The notes beneath the pieces were generated by a model, which saw only the letters and a list, made by a program, of their open reading frames with translations, was not told where the DNA came from and searched no databases. This document shows positions 1 through 9,408 of a stretch of 64,000 nucleotides of DNA, in pieces. The stretch covers positions 139,051 through 203,050 of the forward strand of contig CASDVP010000003.1 of assembly GCA_949284445.1 (NCBI GenBank), given 5' to 3'. Each line of letters opens with the position of its first letter. Position 1 is the stretch's first letter. Both the position numbers and the translations under genes were made by a program. Source of the DNA: an uncultured Bacillota bacterium. Lineage in GTDB: Bacteria > Bacillota_I > Bacilli_A > RFN20 > CAG-288.

Positions 1-2
1 TG

Positions 3-1865
3 TTACTATTAGCTATACCTGTTCTGATCATCATTTACATCATCAAAAATAAATATAAGGAAAAGACGGTGTCTTCCAGTTATATTTGGGAGCTGAGTCG
101 TAAATTTTTAAAAAAGAAAAATCCGCTCAACAGCATCTCTAATCTGCTCAATCTCATCATGCAGTGCTTATGCATCGCTTTCTTGAGCTTCGCACTTGCA
201 GATCCAGTTTTTAATTTTCAAAACGGTGCTGAGAATGAAGTTTTCATTCTCGATGCTTCAGCTAGTATGTCGACTTTAAATGAAGATGGCATTTCCCGCT
301 TTGATGAAGCCAAAAATAAAATTGAAAAAATCGTCGATGATGCTGTCGATGGAACAACATTCACTTTGATTGTAGGTGATTCAAACTCACGCACAATTTG
401 TAAACAGATTCAAGATAAAGATATCTTCCATTCCTTCATCGATCGAGTTGAAATCGATATGGCTGATTCAGATTTAGATGGGGCGATCAGTTTAGCTCAA
501 TCTTTAGCTTCGCAAGGAGATGGCAGCCACTTCTCTTTGTTCACCGATAAAGAAGTGGAAACTGATGATAGCTTAGCCATCTACCAAGTCGGAGACACCT
601 TTACCAATTATTCGATTGATGACTTGCAAGTTTCAGAAATAGAAGATGAGGAAGGAGCTCCTCAGCTTTTCCTCGAAGCCGATGTCATCTCTTATAGCGG
701 TGATACTTCTCTCGATGTGGAATTTTATATCGATGATGTTTCAGTCGGAAAGGTCACTGTCGACGCTAAAGAGAATGAACCTATCATTGCTTCCTTATCT
801 CTTTCTAATCCCGAAGAGAAATATTCAAATTACTCTTCCATCAAGGCTAAACTCTTAATGGAAGATTATTTATCAAAGGATAGCGAATATATCCTCTATA
901 ACTTCAATGATTTTGATACGACCAACGTTTTGATCGTCAGCTATTCGCCATTCTACTTTGAGTCTGTCTTCAACGCTCTCAATAATAATGGTTTAAAAAT
1001 CAACTATACCACCATCACCCCTGATATCTATTCTCTCTATTCTGGTTCCATCGGTTATGATCTGACGATTTTTGATAGTTATTCGCCTGATCAGCTTCCA
1101 GTCGACAGCGCAGTTTGGCTCTGCAATACCGGTTCTTCAATCCCTCATTCAGGCTTCTATGCTCAAAAAGAATACACTGTCGATGATCCTGGAATCAAAG
1201 CTACTTACGCTGAAAATATCAGTGATCCGCTATATCAAGAATTGACGAAAAATTTAGTGAAAAGAGAGATAACTATCAAGACTTATATGCGTTACACATT
1301 GAATTCTCGTTTCACTACCATTCTCTCTTATGATAACTTACCTTTCATATTCGCCGGTCGCAACGAATATGATCAGCGACAAATCGTCTTCAATTTCGAC
1401 CTGCATAATTCTAATTTTCCTCTCTTAGCTGACTTTGTCATCTTGATGAGAAATTGCGTCGCTTATTCTAATCCGAGCATCTTGACAGAATTCAACTATA
1501 AATCCCATGATATCGTCACTTTTTCTTTCCCAGACACCGCTATTTCTTGCGAGATAACCGCTCCTTCTGGAAAGGTAGATTATCTGAGCCCGACAGATAT
1601 TCAGAGCTACACTTTAGAGGAAGTAGGAACCTATTCGATTAAGGTTGGATTAGCTACTGGCAAAGAAAAAATGATAAATCTCTTCAGCGCCTTTCCAAGC
1701 CAAGAGAGAGAACCTTTAAGTAAAGAAGATGATGTTTATCAAATGTCTATTAATAGTCAGACAAAGAAAGCCGTGCGCATCTTCGATGCTATCTTGCCGA
1801 TGGTCATCGTTGCTTCAGCTTTCCTAGTGACAGATTGGATCATATATAGCCATGAACAATTTTAA
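3..1865 (+). CDS. BatA-like membrane protein with von Willebrand factor A domain (5' partial; the frame is open from the window start)
   Basis: The frame is open from nt 3 (LLLAIPVLIIIYIIKNKYK...), so the N-terminus lies upstream of the window. Two N-terminal TM helices are followed by a VWA core with MIDAS-like VFILDASASM. The architecture is typical of the BatA/BatB N-terminal double-TM plus VWA family. Confidence 0.6.
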   Translation, partial: LLLAIPVLIIIYIIKNKYKEKTVSSSYIWELSRKFLKKKNPLNSISNLLNLIMQCLCIAFLSFALADPVFNFQNGAENEVFILDASASMSTLNEDGISRFDEAKNKIEKIVDDAVDGTTFTLIVGDSNSRTICKQIQDKDIFHSFIDRVEIDMADSDLDGAISLAQSLASQGDGSHFSLFTDKEVETDDSLAIYQVGDTFTNYSIDDLQVSEIEDEEGAPQLFLEADVISYSGDTSLDVEFYIDDVSVGKVTVDAKENEPIIASLSLSNPEEKYSNYSSIKAKLLMEDYLSKDSEYILYNFNDFDTTNVLIVSYSPFYFESVFNALNNNGLKINYTTITPDIYSLYSGSIGYDLTIFDSYSPDQLPVDSAVWLCNTGSSIPHSGFYAQKEYTVDDPGIKATYAENISDPLYQELTKNLVKREITIKTYMRYTLNSRFTTILSYDNLPFIFAGRNEYDQRQIVFNFDLHNSNFPLLADFVILMRNCVAYSNPSILTEFNYKSHDIVTFSFPDTAISCEITAPSGKVDYLSPTDIQSYTLEEVGTYSIKVGLATGKEKMINLFSAFPSQEREPLSKEDDVYQMSINSQTKKAVRIFDAILPMVIVASAFLVTDWIIYSHEQF

Positions 1866-4539
1866 ATTTGGAAACCCGTGGTTGCTCTTTATCTTTTTAC
1901 CACTTGTCATCGCCCTAGTCATCGGCTTCTTTTTGATGAAGAAGGAGAAGCGATACACCAAGAAAAATATAACTTCTTTTTGCTTGCACATCGCTGTCGC
2001 TCTCTTAGTTTCATTCGCCTTCGCTGATCCTCAGTTCTTAAAAATTGGAAGAGAGACAGAAGTCTATATTTTAGTCGACGCTTCAGCTAGTGAGAAAACT
2101 TCAGTGGATCGTCTAAACGATGCTGTTAATAATACTCGTTCAGAAGCTTTAAAAGTCCCAAATACAAAAGTCGGAATCATCGCTTTTGCTAACGGTGCTA
2201 AAACAGTCGCTGACTTAGGCGATTCATTCGATGGTCTTGAGACATTATATGAAGACTCTTCCTTCGACTATTCAGCGACAGATATCGAACAAGCTCTTCT
2301 TTATACTGCTGAAAAGTTTTCTGGCGATGCTTTTAAAAGAATCGTTCTCATCTCAGATGGAGAAGAGACTGATGGCGAAGCTATCGATGCTATGGAAACC
2401 TTGCTTGAACAAGGCATAACTATCGATGCTATCGACTTACAAGCCGATTTTCCTGCAGAAGTTTCTTTGACAGGTATCAAATATACCGATAACGTCTATC
2501 TCAATCGTCAAGAAGAAGTTGAAGCCTCTATCAGTGCCTCCACACCAACCGATGCTACTATCGAGCTTTATAAAGATGATGATCTCATTGAAAGCAAAAA
2601 CAGCCATTTAGGAAATGGTATCAACATTGTAAACTTTTCACTCGATACTTCTATCAGTGGTGAATTTGATTATCGCCTAGAAGTCAAAGCTCAAGATAAT
2701 CTCGAATTCAAAGATACCTTCACTGAAAACAATGTTCGTTCTTTTGTTCAAAATGTGAATGGAGATTTCAATATTTTATTCATCGGTACTGTTCAGTCTC
2801 AACTCGACAAATTCACCCAGATGGCAGAGTTATCAGAAGAGACAACTATCGATTCTTATATCGGCACTGATAAAGTCCCCTATGCTTTAGAGGATTTGAT
2901 CAACTATGATGAGATCATCCTTTCCAATATCGATGTAGTCGAACTCGATCACTATGATGAGTTCATCGATAATTTGACAACTGCTGTTTCAGTTTATGGT
3001 AAATCGGTCTTCACCTTTGATTCGACTCATGTCGGCAATACTAATGATCCTTCACTAGTGAAATATAACGATCTTTTACCTGTCCAATATCAACCAGATG
3101 ATTCACGCGCTCTAGTCTTAGTCATCGACTCATCCGGATCCATGGGCGGAAATAATATCAATATGGCTATTCAAGGAGCCAAAGAGGTCGTTGATAAACT
3201 TGATATCAATGATTCGATCGCTGTCGTCACCTTCGAGACTAACGTCAACATTCCTGTCACTATGACGACGATACGTAACGAAGCTAATCGCCAAGATATC
3301 AAAGATAAAATCGATAAAATCACTGTCAATGGCGGCACCAACATGATGAACGGATTAGACGAAGCCTATAAACAAATCGAAGGAGTCACCGCTGAATATA
3401 AGGACATCATCACTCTCTCAGATGGTATCGCTGGAGATAACGAAGAGGATCTTAAAGATTACGTCACGTCCATGAGTTTTTCAAATATTTCCTGCTCTTT
3501 CATCAACATCGGTGATAAAGGAGGCGAAGAACTTCTAAAAACATTGGCTAAATTAGGAAATGGTCAGTATCACTATGTTGATTCCGCTTTAGGTCTTAAA
3601 GATATCATGGTTGATACTATCGAACAGGAAATCATCGATACTGTCATCGAAAAGGATTCTGAAATCATCTATCAAATGAAGGATGATGCCTCTTTACAAG
3701 GTGGCGTATATAACAATCTAGAAAATATCTCTGGCTATAACTATTGCCGTATGAAAAGTGGAGCTAACACCGTCTTATCTGTCCAATACATTCATACAAA
3801 TTCCGAAAATCAGCTGAGTGTAATCGCTGTCCCTCTATATGCTTATTGGGATTTCGGACAGGGCAAAGTTTCCTCTTTCACCTCTTCTCTAGACACTGAT
3901 TGGACAAATAAATTCTGGAATTCTGCAGCCGGACAGACTTTTTTCAAAAACATCCTCTCACAAAGTTTTCCTGAACGCTTCAACAAATCGATTCTAGATG
4001 TCGACTTCACTGCGAATGGATCAACGACTGATGTCACTGTCACTCCTCATGTCGACACCGATGAAACCAAAGTAGAAATGGAAGTCAAACCTTATGGAAC
4101 CGAAAACGCTTCAACTTATAGCCTTGTCTATGATGGTGAAAACTTCAACACCCAAATCGCAACACCTCAAATCGGGCTTTATGAAGCCACTATCTCTTTC
4201 TCAAGATTAAACTCTAAAACTGACGAATATGAATTGGTTGAGAGCACTGATATCATCTTCAGTTTTGATTTCTCGTCTGAATTCAATTTCTTTGATACTA
4301 AAGACAACACTCTGCTCTATCAGCTCTCATCACAAAGCGGCGGTTCACTATTACCCGAAGATGAAATTCATTTAAACATCAACGATAGTCAGCTTAGCGA
4401 TGCTTCTTATCAATCGACGATGGTTTGGTTCCTTCTCGCAGCTGTTATCGTCTATCTGATAGATATTGCTATCAGAAGAACTATCTTTAAGAAAAAACCA
4501 AAACAACAAAACATTGAAACACCAAGTAATTATTTTTAA
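1852..4539 (+). CDS. Large membrane-anchored protein with two VWA domains (BatB-like) and a C-terminal TM anchor
   Basis: N-terminal double-TM segment (LLFIFLPLVIALVIGFF ... LLVSFAFADP). VWA motifs VYILVDASASEKT and LVLVIDSSGSMGG. C-terminal hydrophobic helix MVWFLLAAVIVYLIDIAI. Overlaps the upstream gene by 14 nt, so the pair is likely an operon. Confidence 0.6.
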   Translation: MNNFKFGNPWLLFIFLPLVIALVIGFFLMKKEKRYTKKNITSFCLHIAVALLVSFAFADPQFLKIGRETEVYILVDASASEKTSVDRLNDAVNNTRSEALKVPNTKVGIIAFANGAKTVADLGDSFDGLETLYEDSSFDYSATDIEQALLYTAEKFSGDAFKRIVLISDGEETDGEAIDAMETLLEQGITIDAIDLQADFPAEVSLTGIKYTDNVYLNRQEEVEASISASTPTDATIELYKDDDLIESKNSHLGNGINIVNFSLDTSISGEFDYRLEVKAQDNLEFKDTFTENNVRSFVQNVNGDFNILFIGTVQSQLDKFTQMAELSEETTIDSYIGTDKVPYALEDLINYDEIILSNIDVVELDHYDEFIDNLTTAVSVYGKSVFTFDSTHVGNTNDPSLVKYNDLLPVQYQPDDSRALVLVIDSSGSMGGNNINMAIQGAKEVVDKLDINDSIAVVTFETNVNIPVTMTTIRNEANRQDIKDKIDKITVNGGTNMMNGLDEAYKQIEGVTAEYKDIITLSDGIAGDNEEDLKDYVTSMSFSNISCSFINIGDKGGEELLKTLAKLGNGQYHYVDSALGLKDIMVDTIEQEIIDTVIEKDSEIIYQMKDDASLQGGVYNNLENISGYNYCRMKSGANTVLSVQYIHTNSENQLSVIAVPLYAYWDFGQGKVSSFTSSLDTDWTNKFWNSAAGQTFFKNILSQSFPERFNKSILDVDFTANGSTTDVTVTPHVDTDETKVEMEVKPYGTENASTYSLVYDGENFNTQIATPQIGLYEATISFSRLNSKTDEYELVESTDIIFSFDFSSEFNFFDTKDNTLLYQLSSQSGGSLLPEDEIHLNINDSQLSDASYQSTMVWFLLAAVIVYLIDIAIRRTIFKKKPKQQNIETPSNYF

Positions 4540-4614
4540 TAAACGAATCTTATTTTACTTGTAAAATTGTTTCATTCACAACTAATAACCTTACTGACTT
4601 CGAACTAGTTTAAA

Positions 4615-4706
4615 AAACCTTGCAGTCATCTATGAAAAAGAGATAAAAGAGGCATATTGTTCGCCTAGAATAAATCTCTTTTTCTATTCTGCAAGGTTTT
4701 TTGATG
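4615..4706. terminator. Long bidirectional stem-loop terminator between the VWA operon and the island
   Basis: AAAAAACCTTGCAG ... CTGCAAGGTTTTTT is a 10+ bp inverted repeat with A/T runs on both sides, with a nested AGAATA/TATTCT stem. Confidence 0.45.
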
Positions 4707-4752
4707 CAAGAGCTTCTTTTATTTATTTAAATCTTAATATTATCTCGACTAG

Positions 4753-5484
4753 CTATTTAGACTCTTTTATCCGTTGTTGCCAAAGATTATAAATATTAGT
4801 GACGGCTTCATCGTACAATTGAAATGAGGATTTATCTATATCTTGATCAGTGTTCTTTAGTCTCAAATATTCGTCATGCAACTCAAGACTCAAGGAATAA
4901 CCAGATTTATAGTGATAATGATATGATTCATCGCCATCATCACCGATGTTATCTTCTAGCCATTCTATTTTTTCAATTGTAGCATCGTTATTGCCGCCAT
5001 GTGTCGACTACACATATGAACCATTTTTATATTTTTTAGCATATTTTTCTGAAAGCATGCCTTTGCTGTCTCTCACATCTTGAAAAATAGCAAAATCAAG
5101 GCAATGCACAATATTCTTATCTTCTTGATCAAAAAACTTAACTCTTATGGCCGAGGCCCTGTCTTCAATCGCTTCGTATCCATATTTTTTAAATGCGGTT
5201 TGAATCGCAAAATAAAACTTATTTCGTAAATCTTTAGCCTCCCACTCCTTATCATCAATCGGACGGCTAACATATAGATTGATACCGAAATCAAAGCCTT
5301 TGTTTCCAGCTGTTCTTCTAGTGATAAAAACTTCTTCACTTTGATCAAAGCTACCGACACAGCTCCAATCAAACTCGATTCCTGCCTCGTCGATAATTTT
5401 TGACATTTTCCGAATGCATGATTCAACTTAATGGATAACTGGCTGATAATCTTTCAATGGAATATACTCGAAAATTTTATCCAT
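4753..5484 (-). pseudogene. Disrupted gene of unknown family: a 244-codon frame with an in-frame TAA (5430..5428) and an in-frame TAG (5010..5008)
   Basis: An AGGAGGA RBS lies 4 nt before the ATG at 5484. After 18 codons (MDKIFEYIPLKDYQPVIH) there is a TAA. The same frame continues through MSKIIDEAG...KNGSYV, then a TAG, then 84 further sense codons to the TAG at 4755..4753. The distal 84-codon segment contains no Met or alternative start, so it can only be the tail of a once-continuous gene. Confidence 0.6.
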
Positions 5485-5694
5485 AAGTCCTCCTTCTCTC
5501 TAAAAATTATTTTAGATATATCAAACACTTTAGTATATCTGTTCAAAACAGCCTATTATACTTTTAAAATTTAGCTTTGCCGATAAGAGATCTTACAAAA
5601 TCAGATGATTAGAGGCTTTATATTCTATTTTATTTCCGATTCTCAATAGAATCTTGACTCTAGTGTTATTTGAAGAGCGAAAATATTATCTCTA

Positions 5695-6936
5695 TTAAGA
5701 CTTACTAGAAATGAAGTCAGATGAATTTCCTTTATATGAGGCTAAAAATGTTATCGGATCTAATTCAAAATTATCTTCGATCTCGCCGTTAACACGATAA
5801 AAAGAAACATCAGTAGAATTCACATTATATAAGCGATACACAAAATAGGTTTCTTTATCTTTTTTAGATGCTTCTATTTCTCCCTTTGACACCTGAAATT
5901 TAGTATCCATTTTGCTTTGTGTTGTTTTTACTTCAATATGAATTTCTTTGACCACGCCATCAATTATGTCGTATGACTTGATGTCATAACCATAATAATC
6001 AGATTTAGTTGATATCCATTCAATCTTATCAGCGTATTCGCTCAACAAGTCATCTTTAGCCAATCTATCTTTTTCATATTCTAAAACCAGTTGTTCTCCG
6101 ATCAATCCGATTTTAGCATCTTCTTTGGCCTTCTTTAAATAATCTATTTTTCTTGGAATAGGAGACGTGATTCTTTCAAATTTTTGACTCCTATCAACTT
6201 TAGGCTGCACCTCATTTAATTTTCGGTTCAAATCATATGGCGTTGTGCCTTCTTCATCGATGCAGTCCTTGATGTCTTTCTCTGCAGTATCTATATCTAT
6301 TAACAAACCGTTTCCATTGATCAATCTTTCATATTCTAAAATGTTTTCGATTATTTCATCATATTTATTCGTTTTAAAATGATTGATGATAAAATCATAT
6401 ATTTTCACCATCCCACTTAAATCATTAAGCAATTCTTTTTCATCAAATCCGTTAGATGGATAATACTTTGAAATTATCGTGGTTTTCTCATAGCCATATC
6501 CTAATGATGCTTTTTTTGCCTTCAAATCGATTTGCTCTTTAGAAAAACGATCATCACTGATCTCTGATTTAATATAGTTAGAAACAAGTTCAGCAACCTT
6601 ATATTTTCTTCTGCCATATGTCTTTTCAAAATATGTTATACCTTGCATTAAAACAAGATAAAATCCCTGCATATCACTTCTAAATAAATAACAGACATAA
6701 ATACCATTTTGTGTTGAATTAGTTATGTTTTTATTCAAAATAGAAATCCATGGATAGTCTGTCTTATTGCCTTGCCCCATAGAACCTTTGACTAAAAGCT
6801 CTTTTCTCTGTCCTAAATTAAGAAGTATCTCTTTTGGTAATTCGCGAACTAATTCTTTATATAATGCGCTAGTATTATCTACTTTATTAGAAAGAGATAA
6901 GTATCCATTTAATATATTTTGAAATAATTTTTCCAT
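5695..6936 (-). CDS. MrcB_N-like (DUF3578) plus DUF3883 (NOV-C REase-fold) fusion; putative single-chain modification-dependent (type IV-like) restriction/defence nuclease
   Basis: The N-terminal motif KGSMGQGNKTDYPWISILN matches the GSxGxGxxxxxPWI signature of DUF3578. The C-terminal IGEQLVLEYEK ... GYDIKSYD ... IEVKTT ... FQVSKGEIE ... YFVYRLYNV matches the DUF3883 core. The ATG at 6936 is preferred over the TTG at 6963 used by the track. Confidence 0.55.
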   Translation of the reverse strand: MEKLFQNILNGYLSLSNKVDNTSALYKELVRELPKEILLNLGQRKELLVKGSMGQGNKTDYPWISILNKNITNSTQNGIYVCYLFRSDMQGFYLVLMQGITYFEKTYGRRKYKVAELVSNYIKSEISDDRFSKEQIDLKAKKASLGYGYEKTTIISKYYPSNGFDEKELLNDLSGMVKIYDFIINHFKTNKYDEIIENILEYERLINGNGLLIDIDTAEKDIKDCIDEEGTTPYDLNRKLNEVQPKVDRSQKFERITSPIPRKIDYLKKAKEDAKIGLIGEQLVLEYEKDRLAKDDLLSEYADKIEWISTKSDYYGYDIKSYDIIDGVVKEIHIEVKTTQSKMDTKFQVSKGEIEASKKDKETYFVYRLYNVNSTDVSFYRVNGEIEDNFELDPITFLASYKGNSSDFISSKS

Positions 6937-7226
6937 AGTTATTACCAGGATAGCAAAAAACAAGCTATTTTAATAGATCAAAATTATCGCAAAAGGTTTA
7001 CTATGTATAAAAAGCGAATTATTCAAATTCAAAATCGAGTTATAAAGACTTCCTTTATTTTCAGTGTTAGCCAGTTCAAATAAAGAATTAAATATCATTA
7101 CAAATCTATCAAATAACGGAGAAATAATATCACTTTATACAACCGATTTGCTTCTCCATCAGATAATTGATAAGAGCTACTTCACGGCGGAATACAGTCT
7201 GTTCTTTAACAATCGCATAACCTCTT

Positions 7227-7601
7227 TTAAGAAAAAAAACCTTTTGCAGTTATCGATGCTTCAACAGTGATTTTATATTTTGCTTGTTTTTCAAGTTTGT
7301 CGCAAATCATAGAAGCTATTCCGCGATGTTGAAATTCGGGCAAGACATACAAAAGATTTATATGCCCATCTTTAGTGATATCACCAAATCCCACAGCTTC
7401 ATCATCACAATAAGCTAAAACAGAATAATGAGCTAAAAAGGTATCATTCCAACTGTTTCGCTCTATTCCAGAAAGCCAAGCATTTATTTGCTTTTCGTCA
7501 TAATCTTTTTTACAAGTTCCTAAGATTGAAAATTTAAAGATTTTAATGACATCATCACTATTTGATGATTTATATTTTTGTAGATCTAAATCTTTACTCA
7601 A
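7227..7601 (-). CDS. GNAT family N-acetyltransferase (short form)
   Basis: Acetyl-CoA binding motif A is present (LLYVLPEFQHRGIASMI). TTG start preceded by a GAGGAGGAG RBS, with a TATAAT-like box further upstream. Confidence 0.55.
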   Translation of the reverse strand: MSKDLDLQKYKSSNSDDVIKIFKFSILGTCKKDYDEKQINAWLSGIERNSWNDTFLAHYSVLAYCDDEAVGFGDITKDGHINLLYVLPEFQHRGIASMICDKLEKQAKYKITVEASITAKGFFS

Positions 7602-7629
7602 TTCAATCTCCTCCTCAATAAAAATTATA

Positions 7630-7800
7630 ACTTTTTATATTAACTATTCATCTCTTTTAATCAATGCAGGAACACCAGTAAATACTATCAGTAAATTAGT
7701 GGGAAATTTATCCCCAGAAATCACTTGGAAATTGTATAGCCATTTATATCCACAAACTATAAATATAGCAGTCGTAAATTTAGAAAACTTGATAAAAAGT
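7630..7800 (+). pseudogene. Tyrosine recombinase/phage integrase C-terminal remnant (catalytic Tyr region only)
   Basis: ITFYINYSSLLINAGTPVNTISKLVGNLSPEITWKLYSHLYPQTINIAVVNL resembles the integrase C-terminal box (RHTFAT..LL..G....IQ.LLGH.S...T..Y.H.....AV..L). The conserved H is replaced by N. There is no N-terminal or catalytic core upstream because the frame runs into the GNAT gene on the other strand. It lies about 220 bp from the 3' end of tRNA-Val. Confidence 0.5.
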
Positions 7801-7974
7801 TCAAACAAAGTTCAAACAGAAAATAAAAAAGCCCTAGAAATAGGGCATATTTCAGTCAAATACGGAGCAGCAGAGAGTCCCTTCAACCACTTGGGTACTG
7901 CTCCAAATAGAAGTAGAAAAGCAAAAACAATTATATTGTTTTCGAAGTTCTTTTACAACATATTTTTAATATGT

Positions 7975-8004
7975 TAGAAAAAGCCCAAGGAATTCATCCT
8001 TGGG
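7975..8004 (-). terminator. Intrinsic terminator downstream of tRNA-Val
   Basis: On the minus strand: CCCAAGGA-tgaat-TCCTTGGG hairpin followed by CTTTTT. Confidence 0.5.
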
Positions 8005-8017
8005 ACAATTATATACG

Positions 8018-8090
8018 TGGGCGCTATAGGGATCGAACCTATGACCTTCTGTACGTCAAACAGATGCTCTCCCAGCTGAGCTAAACGCCC
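8018..8090 (-). tRNA. tRNA-Val (anticodon GAC)
   Basis: The minus-strand sequence GGGCGTTTAGCTCAGCTGGGAGAGCATCTGTTTGACGTACAGAAGGTCATAGGTTCGATCCCTATAGCGCCCA folds as a cloverleaf. Acceptor GGGCGTT/AGCGCCC, anticodon loop TTGACGT, T-loop GGTTCGATCC. CCA is not encoded. Confidence 0.85.
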
Positions 8091-8202
8091 ATTGCGTCAA
8101 ACGCGTTGAATATTATAAAGAAACTTATATTTAAAAGCAATATTTTTTTCATTTATTTTTGAAAAATGAGAAATGTCACCTATACTAATCACGAGGTGTA
8201 TT

Positions 8203-9408
8203 ATGGATATTTTAATCGTTTGTCTTTTATCATTAGCTTTAGTTCTTTTAATCATTTTATTAGTATTATTCTTAAAGAAAAAATCTGTGACTAGTAATAT
8301 CTCTAATTCTAACGATATTTTCATGAAGCTTGGAAATATCGAAACAGAAATAAAGAAACAAGTTGAAGATAATAAAACCATTATCAGCCTGACTACTTCT
8401 GAACAATACGATAAAATTTCAAAAGCTATCTCAGATGAGCTAACTAAAATCAATAACACTTTATCAATCACTTTAGATAGAGAGATTTCTCTTTTACAAA
8501 CAACACAAAAATCTATTCAAGATAATTTGAACAATTTGAATACAAAGGTCAGCGATTCAATAGATAAAGGATTTAAAAACAGCAATGAACAGGTGCAATT
8601 AGTAGTTAAATCGCTTGAAGAATTAAAAAGTGCGTCATTAAATCTTAAAGATCTCAGCCAAGACATTCAATCATTGAATCAATCTTTGAATTTTTCGCGC
8701 CCATCAGGCAAATTTGGCGAACAAGTTTTAGAGGCGGTTTTAAGATCTGTTTTTGGTGATACTAAAGATATCTTCGAATTGCAATATACCTTGATCAACG
8801 ACAATGACACCTCAAAAAGAGTCATCGCAGATGCGGTAGTTCACTTGCCACAACCACTTAATTTATTATGTATTGATAGCAAATTTTCATATATAAAATT
8901 CAAAGCATTATTTAATAATTCTGGAGATAATGCTTTGAAACAAGAATTTAAAATTGCTTTAAAAAATGAGATAAATAAAATCGCTGCTTCTTATATTATC
9001 AATGATAAAACAGCACCATATGCCATCATGTTTATACCAAATGACGGCATATTTGCTTATATCGAAGGCGATGATAACTTATATGCGCAAGTTGTCGAAT
9101 ATGCGTATAAGAAGAAAGTCATCATAACTTCACCTTCTACTCTTCAACCAATATTAGCTAATCTGAATCTTTTACGTATAAAACACGAGACAATAACGAA
9201 TATCGGCAATGTTCTAGAGCAAATCGACAAGGTTAAGAAAGCATTATTAAATTATCAAACGTCATGGCAAAACATTTCCAAAGCGATCGATGTTCTCACT
9301 GAAAAACGTGATGACTTTGATAAGAAAGTCAAGACATTAAATCAGAGATTAGACGGATGTTTAAGCGATAAAAGCAGCCAAGAGATATATGAGATCAAGA
9401 ATGATTAG
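8203..9408 (+). CDS. rmuC: DNA recombination protein RmuC
   Basis: N-terminal TM helix, long coiled-coil, and a conserved C-terminal RmuC block (FGEQVLEAVL ... DAVVHLPQ ... LCIDSKF ... AIMFIPNDGIFAYI ... VIITSPSTL). Start placed at ATG 8203 (MDILIV), which follows ACGAGGTG. Confidence 0.75.
   Translation: MDILIVCLLSLALVLLIILLVLFLKKKSVTSNISNSNDIFMKLGNIETEIKKQVEDNKTIISLTTSEQYDKISKAISDELTKINNTLSITLDREISLLQTTQKSIQDNLNNLNTKVSDSIDKGFKNSNEQVQLVVKSLEELKSASLNLKDLSQDIQSLNQSLNFSRPSGKFGEQVLEAVLRSVFGDTKDIFELQYTLINDNDTSKRVIADAVVHLPQPLNLLCIDSKFSYIKFKALFNNSGDNALKQEFKIALKNEINKIAASYIINDKTAPYAIMFIPNDGIFAYIEGDDNLYAQVVEYAYKKKVIITSPSTLQPILANLNLLRIKHETITNIGNVLEQIDKVKKALLNYQTSWQNISKAIDVLTEKRDDFDKKVKTLNQRLDGCLSDKSSQEIYEIKND

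Noticed and set aside
646-858. Small ORFs nested inside the VWA genes (646..858, 2231..2419, 3843..4043)
   Set aside because: They are out-of-frame or antisense overlaps within well-supported long CDSs.
4540-4760. Direct repeat of the tRNA-Val 3' end (att site) at the far end of the island
   Set aside because: The only resemblance is about 8 bp (TCGAAC..TA at ~4598), which is too short to call.
5145-5426. 93-aa minus-strand ORF overlapping the pseudogene
   Set aside because: It is an alternative frame entirely inside the disrupted gene, with no RBS.
7546-7977. 143-aa plus-strand ORF as an intact gene
   Set aside because: Its first 18 codons are antisense to the GNAT gene and its tail is low-complexity. 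Only residues ~30-85 carry integrase-like signal, so it is called a remnant.
8097-8471. 124-aa minus-strand ORF upstream of rmuC
   Set aside because: It overlaps the rmuC N-terminus on the opposite strand, is a low-complexity AT-rich frame, and has no RBS.
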